Shown in pieces: positions 57,367-64,000 of a stretch of 64,000 bases of DNA. Numbering within the stretch: the stretch's first letter is position 1; each line of letters begins with the position of its first letter. A program made the translations under genes and the position numbers. The notes under the pieces are model-generated. The model did not search any database. It was not told the DNA's origin and was given only the letters and a program-made list of their open reading frames with translations. This stretch comes from Candidatus Omnitrophica bacterium UBA6215 (GTDB lineage Bacteria; Omnitrophota; Gorgyraeia; Pluralincolimonadales; Pluralincolimonadaceae). The stretch covers positions 145,278 to 209,277 of the forward strand of contig DISH01000007.1 in assembly GCA_002421665.1 (NCBI GenBank). Reading direction: 5' to 3'.

Positions 57367-59646
57367 TTAATACAGGGTTATCTCGTATATCTCGCAGGTG
57401 CCGTCACCGGAGTTACCCGGGAAATAAAGGTCAAAGTTGCGTATGGCCTGCAGGTCCACGGTCTTGTTGCCGGACTGGTTGCCGAAGACCGTCCTGAGCA
57501 TGAACTGGTCGAACGGGTAATCATACGTCATGACGGCCCCGTCGCCGGCGTTGGGCTCCGACGAGAAACTCTCACCGTCGGCGCCTTTTATGCCTTTGTA
57601 CTCAAGCTTTCCCAGTTCGTTCGCGCCGGACTCGTTCATGAAGAGCGAGAACGGCAGGTTATTCGACACGGACATCTTTATCCTTATGCCCTTGTATCCC
57701 TGGAGGTCAACGGACGTATCCCCGTTCTTCACCTTGAGATCGCAGGGAATATTAAACCCGCATCCCCAGCCGCTGCCGGTAGTGACCTCGCATTTCAGGA
57801 AGGCCGCGCCTTCGGCATCGGTCTCTTTCGAGAACTTAAACCCGGCCGCAGACGAGCTGTCTGCCCATACACCTAAGCGCCTGACGTTCAGCTCGGCTAT
57901 GTCGCAAAAAGCGACGGACGGCCTGGCCTCGGACTTATTGTTCACGGAGGCATAACCGCTTAAGGAAACCGCCTTGTCCGGGTAAGGCAGTTCGGACTTC
58001 TTATGTACGGTATCGGCTTGCTTGTTGGTCTTCTTCATCTGCCCGGTAAGGATCTCGTATTCCTCGTCGTAGATATCCACTATGCCGTAATTACTGTTCT
58101 CGCCGTCAAAACTGCGGCCCTGCGGCGACTGATCGAAATAGTCGAACCAATGGTAACCGACCAGGTACGGGAACTCCATTACCTGTGTAACGTATTTGTC
58201 GAAGCCCGTGGCCCTGTCGGCCTGGGTCTTTACGGTGACATCCGCACCCTTGGTGTTCTTGTCTCCGCTGCGGTTCTCCATGGCCCTGTAAGAGAACTCG
58301 GTTATCATTATGGGTTTCTTGCAGATAAAATAGTAATTATCGAAGAGTTGCCTGTCCACCTTCATGTTCTTGCAGTAATAATTGACCGAGACTATGTCGC
58401 AATGCTCGCCGCAAGCCCTGGCCACGTCGTCAGGCGCGTTGCAGGCAAAGCGCACGCCAAGGATAAGATGGTTGGGGTCGTATTTCCTTATGGTGTCGCA
58501 TATCACCGAGAAATATTCGTCCGCGACGATCCCCGCGAACTGCTCGCGCGCCTCCCTCGACTGCGCGCCGCGCACCTTCATGAAATCATCTATGGATTTA
58601 TTGTAGGCACACTGCAGGAACTCCTCGAGCTTTTTCCTGCCAGGGGCGTTATCCGGCAGGCGCGAGTATTCGTCGAGCAAAAGCGGAGCGTGGCCCGTAT
58701 ACCAGCCGACATCACCGTACCACGGAAGCTCGTTATCGATATAATATCCGACAAGGTATTTCGCGTCCCTGAACCTCTTGCATTTGCCCGCGACAGTCGC
58801 TTCCACGTTCTCGATGAACATAGGATCGAACACGTCAACAAGGCGATGGTCTGTGGTCGAAGGGATACCCAGCATGACGGTAAAAGGCATATCATAGAAA
58901 TAAGTGGCCGCGTCCGACCACGAGCCGATGGTATTGAACTTCCATTTCTTCAACCGCTTTATGGCATCTTTCGCCCAATCCTCGCGGCTCTTGTATTTTT
59001 CGGAGACGTCGTAATACTGCGAATTCTGGAGCACCGCGCCGTCCTTATCGAGGACAACGTTGACTCCCTTGGAGATGAACGGCCTCCCGGAAGGATCTAC
59101 CAGCCAATATTTATCGCCCTTCTGCTCGACTTTAAAGAATTTCTTGCCTTTGGGTATCGAGACACGCTTCGGGAGGTTCTTATATGGCTTCCCGGCATTG
59201 AACTCTATCTCAAATATCGAAAAACCCCAGGCGGTAGCCCTGTCGGCGCAATCTATCTTCACGAACCTGCACTCGGCGGGTTTCTTGAAATTTATCCTGA
59301 TATCCTCTCCCTCGTTGCCGTCGGGGATCTCGGCAAGGACCTGCCATTGCGAGCCGTCAAGCGAGCCGAGTATCTTGTATGTATACGCCGATGCCGTCTC
59401 CCACTTTATGCGGATCCCGGTAAGGGTAACGGGCTCCTCAAATTCCAACCGGAGCCACTGGTCGTTCTTCCACTCCGACTCCCAGCGCGTGCGGTCTTTG
59501 CCGTCAACGGCTTTAGCGGGAAGGTTATTGTCGTAGTCGGATGAGGCCGTAACGGACTTAATAACCGGGGAAGGGATATCCGCAGAAGCCGCGGAAAAAA
59601 CGAACAGGAAAGACAAAAGGACCATAAAGCCGGCAAGCTTTTTCAT
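57367..59646 (-). CDS. secreted discoidin-domain protein with clan GH-A TIM-barrel glycoside hydrolase domain
   Basis: Start moved to MKKLAGFMVLL signal peptide; F5/8 type C domain (RWESEWKNDQWLRLEF); YIDNELPW (acid/base NE) and MITEFSY (nucleophile TE) motifs. Confidence 0.5.
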   Translation of the reverse strand: MKKLAGFMVLLSFLFVFSAASADIPSPVIKSVTASSDYDNNLPAKAVDGKDRTRWESEWKNDQWLRLEFEEPVTLTGIRIKWETASAYTYKILGSLDGSQWQVLAEIPDGNEGEDIRINFKKPAECRFVKIDCADRATAWGFSIFEIEFNAGKPYKNLPKRVSIPKGKKFFKVEQKGDKYWLVDPSGRPFISKGVNVVLDKDGAVLQNSQYYDVSEKYKSREDWAKDAIKRLKKWKFNTIGSWSDAATYFYDMPFTVMLGIPSTTDHRLVDVFDPMFIENVEATVAGKCKRFRDAKYLVGYYIDNELPWYGDVGWYTGHAPLLLDEYSRLPDNAPGRKKLEEFLQCAYNKSIDDFMKVRGAQSREAREQFAGIVADEYFSVICDTIRKYDPNHLILGVRFACNAPDDVARACGEHCDIVSVNYYCKNMKVDRQLFDNYYFICKKPIMITEFSYRAMENRSGDKNTKGADVTVKTQADRATGFDKYVTQVMEFPYLVGYHWFDYFDQSPQGRSFDGENSNYGIVDIYDEEYEILTGQMKKTNKQADTVHKKSELPYPDKAVSLSGYASVNNKSEARPSVAFCDIAELNVRRLGVWADSSSAAGFKFSKETDAEGAAFLKCEVTTGSGWGCGFNIPCDLKVKNGDTSVDLQGYKGIRIKMSVSNNLPFSLFMNESGANELGKLEYKGIKGADGESFSSEPNAGDGAVMTYDYPFDQFMLRTVFGNQSGNKTVDLQAIRNFDLYFPGNSGDGTCEIYEITLY

Positions 59647-59666
59647 TCGTGTCTCCTTTTTCGGTA

Positions 59667-60617
59667 TTACAGGTACGGGCACTGCCCTCCGCTCTTGAGG
59701 ATGAGGCAATCGCGGGCACAGGCTTCCGTCTTGACAAAAACCTCGCTGTCGGGCACTGCCGTCATTATATCGTTCTCCACCTTCCTGCAGATGTCATCCG
59801 CCTTCGCGAACGGCATCTCCAAAGGAAGCGTTATCTTCAGGTTGATGAACTTCCTGTGTCCCGAACTGCGCGTCCTTATGTCGCTGAACCCGCAGAAGAG
59901 CCCCGCGTTCTGCGCCAAGCTCACCACTACATCCATCTTGCTCGGCTCCTCTATAGAGGCATCGAGCAGGTTAAAGAACGCTTTCTTGGCAATACCGAAA
60001 GACGGTATCGCGATGACAATGCTTACCAGCATCGCGACCCCGGGGTCAAGATAGAGCGCTATGCGGTCCTTCCCGGCGGACGTCAGCATCATAGACGCTA
60101 CGAACGCGCACGCGATGGCAAAGGATATCACTCCCTCAAGCAGGTAGTGGATACCCTCCGCGCGCACTGCCGGGGAACGGCTCTTCCTGCCCATAATTAA
60201 TATATAGTATGAACCCCCGAAATTCAATGTGAAACTCAGGATACTTGAGGCCAGGCCGAGCCACGGGTTGGTGATGTGTTCGGGGTGCACCAGGGACTTT
60301 ACTGACTGCGATATCATCGCGAACGCGATGCCGATAAGAACTATCCCCTCTATTCCCTCGCAGACATTCTCTATCTTACCGTAACCGTAGTTGTGCATAA
60401 TGTCCGCGGGACGGTGGGCGAGTTTCAGCGAATAATAGAGTATTATAGAAACGCTGAGGCCGGTAACCGTTATCGCAAAATCCGTCGCTATGGCAAGGGA
60501 GCGTACTATCGCGAAAGCCGTTCCTTTGAAGATGAAAAGCGCGATGTTGCACCAAAGGCTGACGAGCGCGGCCCTCATTACGTATTCCTGCCTGTTGATA
60601 CGGCTGACTTTTGCCAT
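59667..60617 (-). CDS. cation diffusion facilitator family transporter
   Basis: 316 aa; 6 TM; HxxxD-type metal sites, C-terminal cytoplasmic domain. Confidence 0.85.
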   Translation of the reverse strand: MAKVSRINRQEYVMRAALVSLWCNIALFIFKGTAFAIVRSLAIATDFAITVTGLSVSIILYYSLKLAHRPADIMHNYGYGKIENVCEGIEGIVLIGIAFAMISQSVKSLVHPEHITNPWLGLASSILSFTLNFGGSYYILIMGRKSRSPAVRAEGIHYLLEGVISFAIACAFVASMMLTSAGKDRIALYLDPGVAMLVSIVIAIPSFGIAKKAFFNLLDASIEEPSKMDVVVSLAQNAGLFCGFSDIRTRSSGHRKFINLKITLPLEMPFAKADDICRKVENDIMTAVPDSEVFVKTEACARDCLILKSGGQCPYL

Positions 60618-60628
60618 CTATGCCTTTA

Positions 60629-60886
60629 TTATTCTTTCGCTTTTTTATCCAGGTCCTTGAGTATCTCTTTTGCATCCGCGGCATCGCCGCGGGAAACGAG
60701 TATCTTCACCGGCCCGACAACCGGATTTAAGCCGCCGAGGTTGCCCCAGGCGATCAAGTCCTGCGCGTTCTCATCCTCGACAAAAAACTCTATTCCCGCG
60801 CTCGCCAAAAGAGATTTCGCCGTCATGATATCCGCGCGTTCGAACGAGCTGAAAACTATTACCGGGGCGTCTTTCATATTTGACAC
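60629..60886 (-). CDS. DUF2007 family small protein
   Basis: 85 aa; pattern consistent with DUF2007. Confidence 0.45.
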   Translation of the reverse strand: MSNMKDAPVIVFSSFERADIMTAKSLLASAGIEFFVEDENAQDLIAWGNLGGLNPVVGPVKILVSRGDAADAKEILKDLDKKAKE

Positions 60887-60995
60887 TCCTCTTCATCACT
60901 TAATATTTTAACACTTTTAAACAATTGCGGATATCTTTTAGCTTCAAATGTATGAATTTAATAAGAAACTCGCTGTTTAAATATGCCGCGGTGGA

Positions 60996-62372
60996 TTAGG
61001 AGTTGCATTTCTTGAACTTACTTAATAAATGTCCAGCTTCAGTGCGGTTAATAAAGAATGTATCGTCGAGAATATTGGTTTTTAAGAATAAGCGCATTGT
61101 ATAATCATCACTCATTTTGGCCCAGTCATCAATCGCCCTGCCTAATAATCCGTCCTGCTTGAGATCGCTCCTGATATTATAGTTATCGAGAACTACGGCT
61201 CCCATAATGTCTTTCTTAGATATTTCTTCCTTCCGCGCGAACCTACAATCTACGGCTTTCAACAACCCAAGTTTTACCTTCTGCTCTAGAACATTTTTAT
61301 AGGTCGACATGAAATCGTCGTATTTGTCATATACTATATCTATATATCTTTTAGTCTGTCCGGAAAATACACTTTCTATTTCTTTATTGTTTTTATTTTT
61401 TAGTTCGATTACCGCAAAAGTAAATATGTTATCCTTTATCCTTTTAAGTCCTAACAAATCGATCCTACAATCCTTCTTGCCCGGATAAACAACCTGCCTG
61501 TCTATAACTAAAATACCATTTTTACCTATGGCGCGGTTATCGATAAAATGATTTATCTCGCTTACGCCTTCGGAAATATTTCCCCTTTTATGGGCTACGA
61601 TTTTAGCGATTACCTGCACCATAATATCATTGAAACACTTGGAATCATTTATATCATCAATACTAATCTGCCATTTTCTAGGCCCATAAGCCTTTACCAT
61701 GCTGTTTGTCGTAGCTAACGATCCTCTTGGGCTGAACTCGTTAGAGGCAATAAGGCAATAACCCTTCCCTTTTCTTCTTACCTCTACCGTATGACCCAGG
61801 AAATATAAATCGAGGAAATTGTCCCTTATTTCAACCATAAATGATTTTCGGTTCTTTCGCTCAAACTCTAATATATATCGTAATCTTCCTTTAATTAGAT
61901 CACTAATAAACTCGTCGTCCAGGCCTCGAAAAACACGTTTATCCTTACAGTCTTTATCAGGTTTTGGATTGGCAATTAGGCACGCACCGGGTAATGTCCT
62001 TAACAACCTTTTACCAGTAGAATAGCGCTCCATTTCTTCAAGCTTAAGAGGAATATTTAATTTTTTAAGATTATTGAAGCCATAATAATATTTCCCTGTT
62101 TCCGATTCGCATCCGGGCAGACGATATCTATGCGGATTTTTGTCCGTAACCTCTATCAAATTTGCCATATGGGATATTTCTACCTTACCCGCCGGTCTAG
62201 CTGTCAATTTAAAATACACCTTTGCGATATCTTCATTTATTGCTTTTTTTATAGGTGAGTCTGTCTTAAAATACAACTTGGTTTTTCCTGTCCTAAAGTA
62301 ATTAAACGCAGCTTCAATCCATTTTTGATTAACCAATGCTAGCAACGCGGCTCTACCGCTATTCTCTTTCAT
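60996..62372 (-). CDS. uncharacterised protein with C-terminal PD-(D/E)xK nuclease-like motif (candidate defense nuclease, possibly Shedu/DUF4263-like)
   Basis: 458 aa; AT-rich; ...GKKDCRIDLLGLKR...FAVIELKNK...Q..Y matches D-(n)-ExK; 12 bp downstream of mrr. Confidence 0.45.
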   Translation of the reverse strand: MKENSGRAALLALVNQKWIEAAFNYFRTGKTKLYFKTDSPIKKAINEDIAKVYFKLTARPAGKVEISHMANLIEVTDKNPHRYRLPGCESETGKYYYGFNNLKKLNIPLKLEEMERYSTGKRLLRTLPGACLIANPKPDKDCKDKRVFRGLDDEFISDLIKGRLRYILEFERKNRKSFMVEIRDNFLDLYFLGHTVEVRRKGKGYCLIASNEFSPRGSLATTNSMVKAYGPRKWQISIDDINDSKCFNDIMVQVIAKIVAHKRGNISEGVSEINHFIDNRAIGKNGILVIDRQVVYPGKKDCRIDLLGLKRIKDNIFTFAVIELKNKNNKEIESVFSGQTKRYIDIVYDKYDDFMSTYKNVLEQKVKLGLLKAVDCRFARKEEISKKDIMGAVVLDNYNIRSDLKQDGLLGRAIDDWAKMSDDYTMRLFLKTNILDDTFFINRTEAGHLLSKFKKCNS

Positions 62373-62383
62373 ATATATCCTTA

Positions 62384-63283
62384 TTACTCGTTAAAATAAT
62401 CAGAATCTATCTTCTTAACTTCGAAAGTTGCCGAAGAAAACACTCCGACATTATTTTCAATCATAAGTTGCGCGAGCATCTCGCCATCAATAAGCACAAT
62501 CTTGTTATCAATATTTTTTACGAAATCCAACGCTTCTCTGGAAAAACTTGAAGTTGTAATAAAAACGCCTTTCTTCGCATGCTTGCCAATTAAGGCACCG
62601 GCAAACCTTTGAATCTCCGGACGACCGACTTGAGCATCCCAACGTTTTGCTTGTATATAAATACAATCTAACCCCAAACGATCCTGATTTATAATCCCAT
62701 CTATCCCTTCATCACCTCTTCTGCAGAGAGCCTTCCCAGCATCTTTTCTTGAGCCTCCATACCCCATGCCTAAAAGCACTTCTACCACTAATCTTTCAAA
62801 AAATGCCCAGGAACAACGCATGATCTGAGTTAATAATTCCTGAGCTAACTCATCTTGAATCTTCCTGTATCCAGCTTCAAATAAATCATCCGGAGTACTT
62901 TGCATCTCCCCTTTAATAACGGGAGTCTCAGTTTTAACATCTTCTTTCTTTAACCAAGATCTAAACCTGGGAATCTTCAAAAGAAATTCAATGTTAATCT
63001 CTTTCGTGGTTTTCAGGATCCTCATTCCTTCATCGCTAATTGACCAATATCCCCACCGCGGAGAATCAATTAATCCGGCTTTATTTAAGTAGTTTCTCGC
63101 CCAAGCAACGCGATTGCCAAAAACAGGGTTTCTACCGCTGGGCTGCATTTTTGCCAACTCTTCTTCAGTTAGCTTAAACTGCTTCGCTAAAATATCTATA
63201 ACCTCGCTTTTATGGTGTTCTTTTTTATCCGATAAAACTTTTAATAACGGCAACATAATAGTTTCAAAATCAGGAATAGCCAT
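62384..63283 (-). CDS. mrr: Mrr-family type IV (modification-dependent) restriction endonuclease
   Basis: 299 aa; N-terminal Mrr_N winged helix (MAIPDFETIMLPLL); C-terminal Mrr_cat GDEGIDGI...IYIQAKRW...GVFITTS closely parallels E. coli Mrr. Confidence 0.9.
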   Translation of the reverse strand: MAIPDFETIMLPLLKVLSDKKEHHKSEVIDILAKQFKLTEEELAKMQPSGRNPVFGNRVAWARNYLNKAGLIDSPRWGYWSISDEGMRILKTTKEINIEFLLKIPRFRSWLKKEDVKTETPVIKGEMQSTPDDLFEAGYRKIQDELAQELLTQIMRCSWAFFERLVVEVLLGMGYGGSRKDAGKALCRRGDEGIDGIINQDRLGLDCIYIQAKRWDAQVGRPEIQRFAGALIGKHAKKGVFITTSSFSREALDFVKNIDNKIVLIDGEMLAQLMIENNVGVFSSATFEVKKIDSDYFNE

Positions 63284-63286
63284 TTG

Positions 63287-64000
63287 TTAATCTCCTTTTT
63301 CATTCAATTCTTCGACAACTTCTTTAAATTCCTCCAACGCGGATTCCAGTTCCTTAACAATATCTTCGGCGATTTCATTAGGTTCTGGTAAATTCTCCAA
63401 ATCTTCCAAAGATTCGTCTTTGAGCCAGAAGATGTCCAGGCTGACTTTGTCACGCTTGAGGATTTCATCGTAGTCGTAAGCCTTGAAGCGCTCGCTTTCT
63501 TTGCGCTTGGCCCGGTTATCCGGATTGTAGCACTTGATAAAATCCTTCAAATCTTCAAACTTTAAGGTATTTTCTTTCAAAGTAAAATGCTTATTCGTGC
63601 GTAGGTCGTAGAACCAAACCTTAGAAGTCCAGGGCTTTTCCTGCGCCGGCTTCTTGTCAAAGAAAATTACGTTCGCCTTCACCCCCTGGGCGTAGAAAAT
63701 CCCCGTAGGCAGACGCAAAATAGTATGCAGGTCAAAATCATGCAGGAGTTTCTTCCTCACTGTCTCCCCTGCCCCTCCTTCAAACAAGACATTATCCGGC
63801 ACCACCACCGCAGCCCTGCCGTGGACTTTCAAAATCGAGGCAATATGCTGGACAAAATTCAGCTGCTTGTTCGAGGTCGTGGTCCAGAAATCATCGCGCT
63901 CATAGGAATCTTTTTCTTTAGCCGTCTTGCCGTCTTCACCAATAACCGTGGTCGAGCTCTTCTTGCCGAAAGGCGGATTGGTCAAAACCATCTCAAAATG
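63287..64000 (-). CDS. hsdM: type I restriction-modification N6-adenine methyltransferase HsdM, C-terminal part (5' end beyond window)
   Basis: LTNPPFG motif IV followed by VVPDNVLFEGG...RLPTGIFY typical HsdM; ORF open to window end. Confidence 0.85.
   Translation of the reverse strand, partial: HFEMVLTNPPFGKKSSTTVIGEDGKTAKEKDSYERDDFWTTTSNKQLNFVQHIASILKVHGRAAVVVPDNVLFEGGAGETVRKKLLHDFDLHTILRLPTGIFYAQGVKANVIFFDKKPAQEKPWTSKVWFYDLRTNKHFTLKENTLKFEDLKDFIKCYNPDNRAKRKESERFKAYDYDEILKRDKVSLDIFWLKDESLEDLENLPEPNEIAEDIVKELESALEEFKEVVEELNEKGD

Noticed and set aside
910-59544. Many long plus-strand ORFs overlapping minus-strand genes (e.g. 910..1668, 1829..2548, 13376..14143, 14258..15385, 20024..20998, 34959..36098, 58003..59544)
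   Set aside because: High-GC DNA generates long antisense ORFs. Their products are Ser/Arg/Leu-rich low-complexity with no motifs, and each is fully contained in a well-supported minus-strand gene.
1-64000. CRISPR arrays, tRNA/rRNA genes, IS elements/transposases/integrases
   Set aside because: No direct-repeat/spacer periodicity seen. All intergenic regions are <210 bp and none has tRNA-like structure. No transposase/integrase-like ORF, even at the borders of the two AT-rich islands (the 60.9-64 kb island continues beyond the window).

Overview
The window is a high-GC (~55-60% by eye) bacterial chromosomal segment. About 65 protein-coding genes sit on the minus strand and only one on the plus strand, most tightly coupled (many ATGA or 4-bp overlaps). 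No rRNA, tRNA, CRISPR array, transposase or integrase was found. Recognisable content, working from coordinate 1 upward (opposite to transcription):
- A split TPP-dependent sulfopyruvate/phosphonopyruvate decarboxylase (alpha + beta, beta truncated at the window edge) lying downstream of the hopanoid genes hpnH and shc.
- A LacI-regulated secreted discoidin-domain glycoside hydrolase.
- A cluster of paralogous secreted carbohydrate-binding-module-like proteins, one with a PEP-CTERM sorting signal. They are co-oriented with a PAS/GGDEF(degenerate)/HD-GYP c-di-GMP protein and a class I aldolase.
- LemA plus an M48 peptidase with zinc ribbons.
- Housekeeping genes: alcohol dehydrogenase, a barrel-only pyruvate kinase, a radical SAM/SPASM protein, YjbQ, RluA, Maf, CstA, FeoA and FeoB (FeoB split into two ORFs).
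- An Rrf2-cysK-nifS-nifU operon.
- A complete Pho cluster: phoB-phoR, an orphan receiver, a porin, pstSCAB, an embedded arsC, and phoU, with a Pho-box-like direct repeat.
- Glycoside hydrolase/phosphorylase-like genes, TrpB2, superoxide reductase, and an MsrB fused to a degenerate MsrA-like domain.
- Two visibly AT-richer islands:
  - ~51.95-56.05 kb: a 1011-aa Sec-secreted protein with a C-terminal GxSxG alpha/beta-hydrolase (lipase-like) domain plus a secreted 320-aa partner. This looks polymorphic-toxin/immunity-like.
  - ~60.9-64.0 kb: the C-terminal part of a type I RM HsdM, an Mrr-family type IV restriction enzyme, and an uncharacterised 458-aa protein with a PD-(D/E)xK-like motif. This is a candidate novel or Shedu-like defense gene.
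Several regulatory elements are visible: sigma70-like promoters, a terminator/promoter junction with an inverted repeat upstream of the rrf2 operon, and a recurrent CACGTG-centred palindrome upstream of the secreted-protein genes. All functional calls rest on motif recognition by eye; no database searches were run.
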